A stretch of 64,000 bases of DNA from Polyangia bacterium (lineage in GTDB: Bacteria > Myxococcota_A > Polyangia > JAAYKL01). Where the stretch lies: the NCBI GenBank assembly GCA_050287845.1, contig JBNKCR010000055.1, positions 128,001 through 192,000 of the forward strand, read 5' to 3'. The notes below the pieces were generated by a model, which had not been told where the DNA came from, ran no database searches, and was given only the letters and a program-made list of their open reading frames with translations. Of the stretch, positions 1 to 10,683 are shown one piece after another. Every line of letters begins with the position of its first letter. Positions within the stretch are counted from its first letter, which is position 1. A program made the position numbers and the translations under genes.

Positions 1-562
1 ATTTTGCCTTGTCCGCTTCGATTTTCACGTACTGGTTATCCACATAATTCGACGCGCGGCTGTTGATGCTCCATACGGACAGACCGATGGCGGCATACAC
101 ATCTTTTGAATCGCCCAGACGAACGTGAGCGCTGCCCTGTGCGCCACGGCCCACGAACACCACCACATCCTTGCCTCCAGCGGTAAAAGTTATCTTACGG
201 TCAAACGCATCGTCGCCCACATTGAGCGCCGCATGGTTGGCTTCGGTGGTAGCGATGGGCGTATCCACTTCGATAACCGTCATCATGTCCAACAACTCGG
301 TGATTTTTTCCGCAGTTACCGGGAAATCGTCCGCTGAAGCCAGCACCCATTTGTCCCCATCCTTTTTGAAATTGAGAGCGGGTTGCACTTCGTCGCCCTG
401 CGTGGCAACTACCTGTATCCCGGTGACATCACCGGATTTAAAATTAAAAAGAGCTGTTTTCTTTGTAACTTCTGGCACGTCTTTTACGGCTGACCATGTA
501 ATGAGCGCCAGAGCCGCCTGCGCTACCAGAAGGGCGATGAGAATTTTATTGGTCTTATTCAT
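1..562 (-). CDS. DUF4340-like protein (runs off the window start)
   Basis: Not in the ORF track. ATG at 562-560 overlaps the upstream TGA; hand translation MNKTNKILIALLVAQAALALITWS...KKDGDKWVL...VFVGRG is open to the window edge. This is the usual partner of GldA/F/G-type ABC systems. Confidence 0.7.
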   Translation of the reverse strand, partial: MNKTNKILIALLVAQAALALITWSAVKDVPEVTKKTALFNFKSGDVTGIQVVATQGDEVQPALNFKKDGDKWVLASADDFPVTAEKITELLDMMTVIEVDTPIATTEANHAALNVGDDAFDRKITFTAGGKDVVVFVGRGAQGSAHVRLGDSKDVYAAIGLSVWSINSRASNYVDNQYVKIEADKAK

Positions 563-3500
563 CAGTTGCCCTCCTTCTCCAACAGAGATTTCTGCTTGCG
601 TCGTCTCGTTACCGTTGCAAATACAACAATGGAAAGTGCAATCAGCACAAAGAGATAGTTCCCCCATTCCCATTTGTTGCGAGTGTCTTCATCGAGGGGT
701 CTGAGCGTTCTGGCAAAGGTGCCCGCGGTGCGGATTTTAAGAAGTTCCGTATCTGCCACGGCCCAGTCAATGAGGTTTCGCATAAACTGGAAATTACTTC
801 GGTGCACCTGACCCGCCATCTGCGCACCGATTTGCGCGGCGAGGTCGGAGAGCATTTCAGACGATCCGATAACAGCCAGCTTCGCACCGGGAACCGCCTT
901 TTTCAATGTCCGCCCCGTACGGTCTTCCTTCTTCTCGTCCTTCTCCTCTTTTTTCTCACCGGCAGCCATTGCAGCTTCGTCATCACCGGCGCCATCACCT
1001 GTTTCAGCTTCAGCTGTCCCGGCATTCGCCTCACTGGCATCGCTGTCTGTTTCTGCCGCTGAACCGTCGGCGCCTTTGGCGTTGTCCTTTTTGTCAGCAG
1101 TGGCGGCTTTCGCATTCTCCTTTGTGAACAGGGGAGAGGGCTTGTCCGCGAAATAGCTGGGGAAGGTTCCTTCCAGTACGGCGGCCAACGCGTATTGTGC
1201 CCGGGTGTCCGGCGGAGCGAACTCCGTGGCGGCGCTTTCAATGCTTTCGGGCAGGATGGTCGGTGAATTCCGGGTCCACGCCTGATCAGTGGTTTTCAGA
1301 ATGACAGTGGATTTAATCCCTTCGAGTTTGTCGTTCACATCAATGGCGGAACCCCAGTTGAATACAACGTTCTGCAATCCGGACGTGGCAATGTGGCCGC
1401 TGGCGAATCCCTCTTTTCGAATATCCGGGAAGAAGGGGTAATCCATCATCTGTACTTTGCGCACCATGAACATTCCCTTTTTCTCCTGAACCGGTACCGG
1501 GAATGCTGCATTCTGCGCATCCATGACAAAACCTTCCTCGATGGTCACGCCATAATTTTTGAGCATTTCCTCGATACCCTTGTCTGCAGGCACGCCTTCA
1601 ACGGTCGAACGGCCGGGTTTCACACGCTGATCACCCGCCATCACAATCATGGCGCCGCCGCCCATCAGATACTGGTCAATGGCAAACTTCTGTTTGTCTG
1701 TCATTTTACCGGGCTTCCCAACCACCAGAACATCGATGTCGCCGGGAACCAGGCCTTCCTTCAAATCAACTCGCTGAACCTTGAACTCCTGAGAAAGCAT
1801 TTTTTCCAGGTTCTGATAGTCCGGTTTGGGCGCCGGCGGCTGCATATTCGGGGGCATCCGCGGATCCCGCTGCGGCTGTTCGGGCACCTCGGTGAAAATA
1901 CCGATTTTTTTGATGAACCCAGTCGCTTCGCGTTTGAATGCGCCCTCAATGGATGTCTTGATGGATGCTTCGGTTTGCGGTCCCTGTAATGCGATGCGGG
2001 TCGCCTTGTCGCCGTTTTCGAGAATCAGGTGCAGATAGAACAATTGCTCGCCAAACAGATCCAGAGCCATGGGCTGAATACCGTATTTGTCCATGAGCTC
2101 CTGCTGTTTCGCCTGATTGCCGTCCACATCCACTTCCTCATACTGGAATTTGCCCCTGGCTTTTTCTTCGAGTTCCTTTGCCACTTTGCTGATGAACTCC
2201 GGTACTTCTTTGGCGTCTTCGGGCAATTTGTCGGGAGTGACAAACAGGGTCAGTTTCGAAGGTTTCTGCATGCTGGCAAAAACAGATTCGATGGATTGGA
2301 ATCCGCTGCTTACTTTTTTGATTGCCTTGGTTACATCGTATTCCAGGTTCTTCAGTTTGACTTCAACGTCTTCATTGTTCTGCACAACCTCAATCAGGTC
2401 GTCAATGGAGAGCACTTCGTACTCATCTCCGTACTTCACCAGGATATGGAAATAGGCATTGACCACCGACTGCTGGTGCCTTGCGGAAACCCGGAAAGGC
2501 AGCGGCTGAATGTCGTAGGCCTGCGCCACTTCGGACTCCAGCTCCTCATCCGCATTGGGGTTTTCGAATTTGACAGTGACTTTACCGTGTCCGGCAATTC
2601 GGTACTCGTTCAGGAAGTCGCGAATATTCGGGACCAGCGGCGCCAGCAGCGGATGGGTTTTTTCCGAGAAATATCCGGCAATCACCAGGGGTTCCTGAAG
2701 GCCATTCAGGATTTCCTCGGTGGATTCGCTGATGGAGAACTGACCATCTTCGGTGAGATCCGCACGGATGCTGGTGACCGGTGCCAACCAGATGTTGCCG
2801 AGAATCATGTTCACCGCAACGAGAATGGCAGTGGCGTTTTTGGTGAACGCCCGGGCTTTCCCCTGCGACATCTGCGTGTCTATGCGTTTGATGTCAATGA
2901 AATGAACATTCAGGGTGACGAAGAATGCCGAAATGCTCAGGTAGTAAAAAATATCGCGCAAATCGAGAACACCCCGTTCAATGTTATAGAACCGGCTGCC
3001 CGATCCCAGCGCGCGAAGCAGATCGGCGGTGTGCGCACCCACAAAATTGAGTACGGTATCCGCACCAATCAGGTAAAATAATGCGCCGATTATGGCAGTG
3101 ACCATCAGCGATACAATCTGGTTGTTGGTCCGTGCGCTGACACACATGCCAATGGACATATAGGCCATCGCCAGAAACAGCGCGCCCACATATCCGCCAA
3201 TGACTGGCCCCGGATCCATATCCCCCAGAAAGGCCACCATGATGGGCAAAGGAAGGGTAAGCAGGAGCGCCACCACCACCAGCGCCATACCGGCCGCCAG
3301 CTTGCCGACCACCAGATTCCATGTTCGAATGGGCATGGTCATCAGTATTTCGAGTGTGCCCCCCGCCTGCTCTTCACTCCAGCTGCGCATGCTGATGGCT
3401 GCAACCAGGAAAATCAGAAGAATGGGAAGCCATTCAAACATGGGCCGCACATCGGCGATGTTGCGGGCAAAGAATGTGGCATAAGTGAAGAACACAAAAA

Positions 3501-3597
3501 GGTTCACCACCAGGAAAATCCCAAGGAAAATCAATGCCACGGGAGAGAGAAAGTATGAGCGAAGTTCTTTTACAAGAATAGTTTTCAATGGTTTCAT
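562..3597 (-). CDS. ABC-2 permease fused to a Gldg-family extracytoplasmic domain (GldF-GldG-like fusion)
   Basis: N-terminal multi-TM permease (KELRSYFLSP, SWSEEQAGGTLEILMTMP), RADLTEDGQFSIS Gldg motif, DQYLMGGG, C-terminal TM. Confidence 0.85.
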   Translation of the reverse strand: MKPLKTILVKELRSYFLSPVALIFLGIFLVVNLFVFFTYATFFARNIADVRPMFEWLPILLIFLVAAISMRSWSEEQAGGTLEILMTMPIRTWNLVVGKLAAGMALVVVALLLTLPLPIMVAFLGDMDPGPVIGGYVGALFLAMAYMSIGMCVSARTNNQIVSLMVTAIIGALFYLIGADTVLNFVGAHTADLLRALGSGSRFYNIERGVLDLRDIFYYLSISAFFVTLNVHFIDIKRIDTQMSQGKARAFTKNATAILVAVNMILGNIWLAPVTSIRADLTEDGQFSISESTEEILNGLQEPLVIAGYFSEKTHPLLAPLVPNIRDFLNEYRIAGHGKVTVKFENPNADEELESEVAQAYDIQPLPFRVSARHQQSVVNAYFHILVKYGDEYEVLSIDDLIEVVQNNEDVEVKLKNLEYDVTKAIKKVSSGFQSIESVFASMQKPSKLTLFVTPDKLPEDAKEVPEFISKVAKELEEKARGKFQYEEVDVDGNQAKQQELMDKYGIQPMALDLFGEQLFYLHLILENGDKATRIALQGPQTEASIKTSIEGAFKREATGFIKKIGIFTEVPEQPQRDPRMPPNMQPPAPKPDYQNLEKMLSQEFKVQRVDLKEGLVPGDIDVLVVGKPGKMTDKQKFAIDQYLMGGGAMIVMAGDQRVKPGRSTVEGVPADKGIEEMLKNYGVTIEEGFVMDAQNAAFPVPVQEKKGMFMVRKVQMMDYPFFPDIRKEGFASGHIATSGLQNVVFNWGSAIDVNDKLEGIKSTVILKTTDQAWTRNSPTILPESIESAATEFAPPDTRAQYALAAVLEGTFPSYFADKPSPLFTKENAKAATADKKDNAKGADGSAAETDSDASEANAGTAEAETGDGAGDDEAAMAAGEKKEEKDEKKEDRTGRTLKKAVPGAKLAVIGSSEMLSDLAAQIGAQMAGQVHRSNFQFMRNLIDWAVADTELLKIRTAGTFARTLRPLDEDTRNKWEWGNYLFVLIALSIVVFATVTRRRKQKSLLEKEGN

Positions 3598-4568
3598 GCG
3601 GCGTCCTCCTTCTTCGCCTCTGCTTTTTGTTTCGCCTGTTCATTGATCAGCGCGTTGAACGCCTGTTCCAGCGTCGGAGGGTTCGCGGTGATCGATCCCA
3701 CGGACCAGTTCCGGGCAGCAGCGAGAGTCAATATCTGGGGAATCGGCGCGACATCGCCCTTCCAGCGGATGCCCCAGATTGAATAGCCGCTCCGTTGCGG
3801 GTCTTTTTTCAATTTTTCAATTTTGCCCAGGCCCGAAACTTCATTGGCGGCCAATTCCAGGTCACTGGTGCCAACGCTGTCGGCCAGTGAAATCTCAATT
3901 CGATTGGATGTGAGGAATTCCTTGAGGGGAGCGTCCTTCACCAGCTGGCCGTCAATCAGAATCAGAACCCGGTCGCACACCGCCTCGATTTCCTGCAGAA
4001 TATGGGTCGATACAATGACCGTACTTTTTTCGGCGAGCTTTTTGATAAGTCCCCGGATTTCGATGATCTGTACCGGGTCAAGACCGTTGGTGGGTTCGTC
4101 GAGAATGAGCACCTCCGGTTGATGCAGAATCGCCTGGCAGATCCCCACTCGCTGACGATATCCTTTGGATAGCGTGCCAATGGGCCGTGTCAGGAATTTT
4201 TCGAGCCCGGTCGCCTTGACCGCCTCGATAATCATGGGAATCTGTTTTTCTTTCGGAAGCTCCCGCAACGAAGCAACCATCAGCAGATACTCCTGAACCA
4301 GCATTTCCGGGTACAGAGGGGCGTTTTCCGGCATGTAACCGATTTGCCGTTGGACGCCGATTCGATCTTCAAGTACGTCCTTGCCTCCCAGGAGGACGGT
4401 GCCTTCCGTCGGTTCGAGATATCCCGTAATCATCTTCATCATTGTTGTTTTGCCAGCGCCGTTTTGACCCAGTAGACCGACGATTTCGCCCTTCTGGATG
4501 TCCACGTTGACGTTTTTCACCGCTTCAACGGCCTGATACCGTTTACTCAGGTTTTTCGCGTGTATCAT
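3594..4568 (-). CDS. ABC transporter ATP-binding protein (GldA-like)
   Basis: Walker A GQNGAGKT, signature LSKGYRQR, Walker B ILDEP, H-loop STH. Confidence 0.92.
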   Translation of the reverse strand: MIHAKNLSKRYQAVEAVKNVNVDIQKGEIVGLLGQNGAGKTTMMKMITGYLEPTEGTVLLGGKDVLEDRIGVQRQIGYMPENAPLYPEMLVQEYLLMVASLRELPKEKQIPMIIEAVKATGLEKFLTRPIGTLSKGYRQRVGICQAILHQPEVLILDEPTNGLDPVQIIEIRGLIKKLAEKSTVIVSTHILQEIEAVCDRVLILIDGQLVKDAPLKEFLTSNRIEISLADSVGTSDLELAANEVSGLGKIEKLKKDPQRSGYSIWGIRWKGDVAPIPQILTLAAARNWSVGSITANPPTLEQAFNALINEQAKQKAEAKKEDAA

Positions 4569-4682
4569 GGATTCAATTCCTCCTCCTGCTAAGTGACAGA
4601 TGAGTTTGAAAATTTGATTCGTAAAACAAATCGAGGGGCTACTTATTCCAGAAAAGGAACAAAAAATCAGCGCTTTTTTGAT

Positions 4683-6344
4683 TTATTTGTACGGACGCCT
4701 GGTGAGACATGCGAATATTTCGTTGAACAGCGCTTCAGCCAGAATGGGCTTGGTGACATACCCGTCCACGCTGGCCTGAACGCATTTTTCCCGATCCCCT
4801 TTCATCGCCCTGGCGGTGACGGCAATGATGGGGAGGTGTTTTGTATCTGGATTTGATTTGATTCGGGCCGTTGCTTCATAACCGTCCATCTCCGGCATCA
4901 TCATATCCATCAGAATGAAGTCCACGGTTTCGGTTGGCAGTTTCGCCAGCGCTTCAACCCCATTTGACGCCACAGCCGTTTCAATGCCGACCTTGTCGAA
5001 CAATGAAAGAAGTACATAAACATTAATAATGTCATCTTCGACAAGCAGACAGCGTTTACCTCTGAGCAAATCCGAAATATCGGGTGGAATGGTTTCGCCC
5101 GTTCTCTGGCGAACCATCCCTGCGCGCTCCTCTGCCGGGTGGACGTTTTGTTTCATTAACACTTTGTGTTCCCGCGCTCTGACAATCTGGCGCTGGGGCA
5201 GGTACAGGACAAACGTGCTCCCCTCACCAACCTGACTTTTAAAAATAAGCTCGCCACCCATTATGTGTGCGAGCTTCCGTGAAATCGACAACCCCAATCC
5301 GGTGCCCCCGTACTTTCTTTTGATGCTGCCATCTGCCTGTCGGAATGCCTCAAACACAACCCCTTTCTGGTCTTCGGGAATACCAATTCCAGTATCAACT
5401 ACGGCAAAGGCAATGGATTCCCCGGGTTGAAGCACATGTCTCGGGGTTCGAACCGGTTCTGACGGCTCAAATACGTTCAGCGACACTTCGCCGGTCGCCG
5501 TGAATTTAATGGCATTGGATAACAGGTTGTTCAGCACCTGATGAACGCGAACGCTGTCGGCCATAATGAACGGTGGTACCTCTGAATCAATATGTACATT
5601 GAACTTCAGTCCTTTCTGGGTGGCGGTGTAGGAGATTTTTCTTTCGATATCCCGGATGAAGCCGGTGAGTTCCATCTGGTCAATCACAAATTCCATACGA
5701 CCGGATTCCACTTTCGATAAATCCAGAATTTCATTTATAAGATTGAGCAAGTCCGTTCCCGAGCTGTAAATGGTGTTGGCAAATTTCAGTTGCTTTTCGC
5801 TGAGATTCCGTTCGGAATTGTCCGCCAGCAGCTGCGCCAGCACCAGAATTGAATTCAGGGGAGTCCGCAGCTCATGACTCATATTCGAAAGAAACTCGGA
5901 TTTGGTCTGGCTGGTGGATTCGAGGTCTTTTTTCTGGCGATAATAATTGAGGTAGAATTTCAGTTTTGCGGGAAGAACCACCGGCAAGTCCGACCAGTGA
6001 ATGGAATCCACTGCGCCAGTTTCGTAGCCCCTGGCGATTTCCTGCTTGTTCATGCGGGCGCCGGAGTAAAAAATAATCGGGGTATGCTGCGCCATCGGGT
6101 GGGTGGCAATGATTCTCGCGGTTTCGAAACCGCCAATGTCGGGCATGTTCACATCGAGCAAAACAGCGCCAAATTCATACTTTGAGACCAGCTCTCGGGT
6201 TTCCTCACCCGAGTCCGCTTCCATGATCTGAATCTCCAGATTTTTTAACAGCTGTTTGATCTGCACCCGGTTGGCTATGCTATTGTCTGCCAGGAGCACT
6301 CTGGGGGTTACGTTCATTTGCCAGTCGCTGTAAAATTTTTCCAT
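4683..6344 (-). CDS. Cytoplasmic hybrid histidine kinase (REC-HisKA-HATPase-REC)
   Basis: LLDVNMP receiver, SHELRTPLN H-box, NLLSNAIKFT, GGTGLGL, C-terminal MDMMMP receiver. Start re-picked at ATG 6344; 6317 is an alternative. Confidence 0.88.
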   Translation of the reverse strand: MEKFYSDWQMNVTPRVLLADNSIANRVQIKQLLKNLEIQIMEADSGEETRELVSKYEFGAVLLDVNMPDIGGFETARIIATHPMAQHTPIIFYSGARMNKQEIARGYETGAVDSIHWSDLPVVLPAKLKFYLNYYRQKKDLESTSQTKSEFLSNMSHELRTPLNSILVLAQLLADNSERNLSEKQLKFANTIYSSGTDLLNLINEILDLSKVESGRMEFVIDQMELTGFIRDIERKISYTATQKGLKFNVHIDSEVPPFIMADSVRVHQVLNNLLSNAIKFTATGEVSLNVFEPSEPVRTPRHVLQPGESIAFAVVDTGIGIPEDQKGVVFEAFRQADGSIKRKYGGTGLGLSISRKLAHIMGGELIFKSQVGEGSTFVLYLPQRQIVRAREHKVLMKQNVHPAEERAGMVRQRTGETIPPDISDLLRGKRCLLVEDDIINVYVLLSLFDKVGIETAVASNGVEALAKLPTETVDFILMDMMMPEMDGYEATARIKSNPDTKHLPIIAVTARAMKGDREKCVQASVDGYVTKPILAEALFNEIFACLTRRPYK

Positions 6345-6523
6345 TTTTTCCTGCCGTAAAATTATTCTTCCCACGGGAATTCTCGTCGCAGCAAACAAAA
6401 AATTAAGAGTGGCGCAGGGGCGACCAGCCGAATCCCTGCAAATGGGGGTGCAAAGACTGATCGACCCATGAAGAAAACGTTTATGGACTTGCGCGTTGAG
6501 CGGAATCCCAATACACTGCGTCA

Positions 6524-8680
6524 ATGAAAAAAAGACTGTGTAAATATTTCATAATTGCGATGGGTTGTGCAGTGATGGGGTGCGCCGGGACAGCGGCTTC
6601 CGGAAAAAAGACATTGCCCGCCACGTCGTCTGAACACATGGCATCCATTACGGTCCCCGACGGCATCACCGATGAAAACGTGTGGACCGAAGAGATTCTG
6701 CTATTTTCTCTCGATGCAAAGCAGCCGGAGCGTCGGGAACTCCGGGATAAACTGGTGGCATACCACGTGAATCTGTTTAACGGTCTGGCTGCGGATGCTT
6801 CTGATGAACGTCTCGAACAGTTCCGTTTTGCGCTCGCTTTGCATGACCCGTCTGATTTCCGCAGTGGTGATGTATCGGTGGGAGCAGCGCCAATGGCCGA
6901 GTGGCTGGTGAAGGAATATGAACCGCAGGGCAAAGAAGCGCTTGTTCTCGCCGGTCTCGCTTATCTGTGTATGGCACAACCGGAGGAGAAAACGTGTCAC
7001 AACCGATTTGAGTCCCTCCTGGATTGGTCGGAGAGCGTGCGAAGAACCATGCACGACCCCATTGAACGCTACAGTTCCATCGCGGCCATGTATGGGGAGG
7101 CCGCAACGCTGGTGCCACATCGGGAGTTGCTCGAAAGGCTGGCGCTGGCTCTTGCCGCACGGCAGAAGGCGGTGGTTCAGTTTCTGCAGGTGTTTGCCGG
7201 CGAACGGGGCGGATTTTCACCTTTAATGTTTCATTCGGTGATTTCCAGAGGCGGGATTGGAAAGGAATTTGTTCACGCATGGTTTATGGGGGGATACCTG
7301 GATGAAGTGCTGGATAAAATGAAGGAACTCGATGTGGTGGATGCCATGGAAGAGGACCTGCTGGCCATTCTGACCCAGTTGAACGCCGGAAAGAACAGCG
7401 CTTACAATTATCATCGACTGGCATCGCAGATACTGGGGTCAAGGGATCCGGTAGCGGGAATGCGGGCGTGTATGCGTGCGCTCCAGTTGGAACCGGAGGA
7501 ACCGCGGTACAATATGTGTGTCGGTCGATTTCTCTCCAACATGGATCGGCAGGTGGCCGCAATCGACTACTACGCCGAAGCGGTTGCCCGCGACAGTGGG
7601 ACCACTCTGGTCCAGGCGATGGAGCTGGTTCAGGATTCTCTGTACCGAATTCACATGGACGAAAACAGCCATGAGATGCAGGAAGCGCTGGCACGGGCAG
7701 AGAAAATTTTTAAAATGGTCATCGATAAAAAGCTGGACGACGAGGAGGTGCTTTTTACCGCTTCTTCGCTGATAGAAACCGCTGCCAATATTCAATACGA
7801 CGATGGCGCCATCGCCAATGCGGAGAAATGGTTTCAGATGGCCAGCCAATTGTGGCCGAGTCGGCCAACTCCCATCACCAGAATTGCGGAAATTTACTAC
7901 TGGCGGGGGGAATACGATCGCGCTGTGAATTATTTGACCCAGGCAATGAATGCGAAAGAAAAGGTGGGCGGTTCGTATGCCGATTACTGGCGCGCCATGA
8001 TGTATGAGCAGCGGGGAGATTGTCATGGGGCAAAGGGAGATGCAGAAGCGGCCACTGCGGATTATCGTCTTGCCCTGAATCGTTGGGAGAAGGCGGATTA
8101 TCCCATTGAGCAGGCTCCGGTGATTGCCATTCGCAACGGAATTCTGCTGTCGCGGCTTGGCGATACGGAAAAGTCGATGGAGAAGTTTCGGGAAGCCCTT
8201 CAGCTGGCCCCTGACCGCCGCGCGTCCTATGCAGAAATTATTTCCTTTCTGGTCATGAGTGAGCGGCTTGCAGATGCGGAAGAATTTTATCAGCTGGCGT
8301 TCAATCAGGACATGCTGGCCCCCATGTGGAAAGTGTATTTTTCTATCTGGGTGGATGGATTGTCTCGCATGCAGCAGGGGAAGTCGTTCGAACTGGCCGC
8401 CGGATATCTGGAAAACACACGCAATGAGAGTTGGCAGGACAAGCTTGCCTCCTTTTATATCGGCACGGTGGATGCCAAAGGCCTGCGCAAAGAAGCGACC
8501 AATGTGGGCCAGAAAGTGGAAGCCGATTACTACGAAGCGCTTCGCCGGTTGATCGATAGGGATTACGAGTCCGCCAGGGCTCTGCTGGAAAAGGTGATGG
8601 CGTCAAACCTGTATGCATTTTTTGAATATAAGATGGCGTCCGAACTCCTGCGAAATCTTCCCCAGCCGGGTAAAAAATGA
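6524..8680 (+). CDS. TPR-repeat lipoprotein
   Basis: Lipobox-like AVMGC; many helical TPR-like repeats; C-terminal EADYYEAL...FFEYKMA resembles an NlpI-type tail. Confidence 0.7.
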   Translation: MKKRLCKYFIIAMGCAVMGCAGTAASGKKTLPATSSEHMASITVPDGITDENVWTEEILLFSLDAKQPERRELRDKLVAYHVNLFNGLAADASDERLEQFRFALALHDPSDFRSGDVSVGAAPMAEWLVKEYEPQGKEALVLAGLAYLCMAQPEEKTCHNRFESLLDWSESVRRTMHDPIERYSSIAAMYGEAATLVPHRELLERLALALAARQKAVVQFLQVFAGERGGFSPLMFHSVISRGGIGKEFVHAWFMGGYLDEVLDKMKELDVVDAMEEDLLAILTQLNAGKNSAYNYHRLASQILGSRDPVAGMRACMRALQLEPEEPRYNMCVGRFLSNMDRQVAAIDYYAEAVARDSGTTLVQAMELVQDSLYRIHMDENSHEMQEALARAEKIFKMVIDKKLDDEEVLFTASSLIETAANIQYDDGAIANAEKWFQMASQLWPSRPTPITRIAEIYYWRGEYDRAVNYLTQAMNAKEKVGGSYADYWRAMMYEQRGDCHGAKGDAEAATADYRLALNRWEKADYPIEQAPVIAIRNGILLSRLGDTEKSMEKFREALQLAPDRRASYAEIISFLVMSERLADAEEFYQLAFNQDMLAPMWKVYFSIWVDGLSRMQQGKSFELAAGYLENTRNESWQDKLASFYIGTVDAKGLRKEATNVGQKVEADYYEALRRLIDRDYESARALLEKVMASNLYAFFEYKMASELLRNLPQPGKK

Positions 8681-8777
8681 CATGCTGTCAGAACGATGAC
8701 GATTCATTCGGTTTTTCCCTGTTGATATAATTCTGACAAATATCTGAAATTATTGGGCAATATGATTTGGTGAGGTA

Positions 8778-8793
8778 TGGTACACGGATTGCA
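8778..8793 (+). promoter_or_regulatory. Putative sigma54 (-24/-12) promoter
   Basis: TGGTAC-ACGGA-TTGCA has GG-N10-GC spacing and lies just upstream of the beta-barrel gene. Confidence 0.5.
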
Positions 8794-8801
8794 CAAAATC
8801 T

Positions 8802-9344
8802 GTGGCCATGATGTACTGTAATTCAAACAGGGGCGTCCTTTCCGCAGCATTGGTTATTACGCTTGGAATTTGCACATTTGCGGGCAGGGCAAACGCGCAG
8901 CGCCCGGTATATGATGTCGCCGCGAGCGCCGGTACCGGATTGTCCTTCGGTCCCGGTGACGAACGAACCACGATACTGATGAGTCCGATGTATCTGGATC
9001 TGGATTTCCTGTATGCCAACGACGAGCGGCCTCAGTTTGAGATGGGGGTGGGGTTGCAGGCGGAGCTGATAGGACGGGTCTCAGCCGGGGTTGTGCCCCA
9101 GTTGAGATATACGTCGGGACCACGGGTGATCATGTGGTACGGCATCCTGGGGGCGCCGCTCATTGTTGCGCCATTTGTTCTGTTCGGCGTGGAGGCCGGC
9201 GGCGGTTTTCTATGGCGATTTCGACCGCAGTTCGGTGTATTCATAGAGGTGGTGGTGGATTATTTTTTCCTGGGTAATGATATCGAGGATAGTGGTGTGC
9301 TGATTCAATTGGACTCCAATGCGGGTATACGGGTGACGTTTTGA
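8802..9344 (+). CDS. Small outer-membrane beta-barrel protein
   Basis: Signal peptide ending ANA, alternating amphipathic strands, terminal Phe (AGIRVTF). Confidence 0.7.
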   Translation: MAMMYCNSNRGVLSAALVITLGICTFAGRANAQRPVYDVAASAGTGLSFGPGDERTTILMSPMYLDLDFLYANDERPQFEMGVGLQAELIGRVSAGVVPQLRYTSGPRVIMWYGILGAPLIVAPFVLFGVEAGGGFLWRFRPQFGVFIEVVVDYFFLGNDIEDSGVLIQLDSNAGIRVTF

Positions 9345-9694
9345 TGAATTGCGATCAGATTAAAATGTGCTTTATTTTATGTGGGGCGTTCCTGATGTCC
9401 ACGGGGTGCACCGGCGAATGCATCAGAAAAAGCGACTGCGACCATGGATACTATTGCGACAACGGAGATTGTGTGGCGGAAAATGCGGCGGATACTGACA
9501 CAGAGACAACTTCCGGTGGCACGGCAACAGATACGCCCACCACAACGGCAGACACAGCAGACACGCCGTCTTCGGATTCAGAAGGAAATTCCTCAGACAG
9601 TAGCTCGGATGGTATCGATACATCCACAGACACATCCACAGACACATCTACAGACACATCTACAGACACAGGTACATCAGCGAATACGGGATAG
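9341..9694 (+). CDS. Small Cys-rich lipoprotein with Asp/Thr/Ser low-complexity tail
   Basis: STGC lipobox, CxxxxDCxxGYYCxxGxC module, DTST repeats; overlaps the upstream stop. Confidence 0.7.
   Translation: MMNCDQIKMCFILCGAFLMSTGCTGECIRKSDCDHGYYCDNGDCVAENAADTDTETTSGGTATDTPTTTADTADTPSSDSEGNSSDSSSDGIDTSTDTSTDTSTDTSTDTGTSANTG
9617..9670 (+). repeat. 12-nt tandem repeat, about 4.5 copies, encoding DTST
   Basis: gatacatccaca gacacatccaca gacacatctaca gacacatctaca gacaca. Confidence 0.9.
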
Positions 9695-10600
9695 GTGGAA
9701 AGCAGTGAATATAAGATGAAGAAAAAGGATCCTTTTCTCGAAGCACTTGCAATGCTGGGCGATTTGCCCACCCTTCCACTGGTTGCTGTTGAAGTGGCAA
9801 AACTGCTGGAAGATCCATCCACCAACCCCAGACAAATCACAGAAGTGATGAAAGCGGATCAGGCTATCACCTCCAGGGTGCTGAAGTTGGTCAATTCTCC
9901 ATATTACGCCATTCGCGGCGGGGTATCCACCATTGAAAAGGCCATTCGATATCTGGGGTACAACACCATATATCAGATTCTTATCGGGATTTCTGTGATG
10001 GAATTCAGTCGTCTGGGGGGAGAAGCGGGGCTGGATCTGAAAGAGTTCTGGAAACATTCACTGGGAGTTGCGGTGGCAGCGGAAATCATTGCCGAGCGCG
10101 CCGGCTTCACCGATCCCCGGGAATTATTTGCCGCTGGACTGCTCCACGATCTGGGGAAACTGGGGCTGGCCAAGGTGGCCAATAAAAAATTCAGCGAAGC
10201 CGTCAGCCAGGCACATAAAAGTGGAATCCCCATAAAACAGGCCGAGAAGGCACTGGGGTTGCCGTCTCACGACAAGGTGGGAGGTGTTCTGGCTGAAAAA
10301 TGGCGCCTGCCAATGACCCTTCGCGCCGCGATTGCCATGCATCATCTGAACTATCAATTCCGCATGTCCACGGTATCGAAAAATCTGCAGCCCGAAGTGG
10401 ATGCGGTCATTCTGGCCAATACAATCTGCAAGCGCAACGAGATTGGCGACAGCGGAGATTTGATTCACCCGGAGATTGATAGAGAATTGATTGAACGGTT
10501 GGGGTTGATGCACAATGATCTGGACCAGATCAAAGGCGAAATGGCCCGAAAAGTTGAACAGTCCAAAGTTTTCCTCGAGTTCCTCGAATACAATGTGTGA
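9695..10600 (+). CDS. HDOD domain protein
   Basis: LPTLP, VLKLVNSPYY, FWKHSLGVA, GLLHDLGK, IAMHH. Confidence 0.9.
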   Translation: MESSEYKMKKKDPFLEALAMLGDLPTLPLVAVEVAKLLEDPSTNPRQITEVMKADQAITSRVLKLVNSPYYAIRGGVSTIEKAIRYLGYNTIYQILIGISVMEFSRLGGEAGLDLKEFWKHSLGVAVAAEIIAERAGFTDPRELFAAGLLHDLGKLGLAKVANKKFSEAVSQAHKSGIPIKQAEKALGLPSHDKVGGVLAEKWRLPMTLRAAIAMHHLNYQFRMSTVSKNLQPEVDAVILANTICKRNEIGDSGDLIHPEIDRELIERLGLMHNDLDQIKGEMARKVEQSKVFLEFLEYNV

Positions 10601-10683
10601 ACGATAATTATGGGATCAGATAGAATCCGATTCGTGCGAACCTGAATTTCAGTTGTGAACCAGGTTATCTGTTCAAACTGGAA

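Noticed and set aside
2029..3081. 350-aa plus-strand ORF and many similar antisense ORFs (e.g. 33564-34484, 41857-42729, 55166-56197)
   Set aside because: Fully overlap well-supported genes on the opposite strand and show no motifs.
9617..9670. CRISPR-like repeat
   Set aside because: Spacerless in-frame coding tandem repeat; no cas genes in the window.
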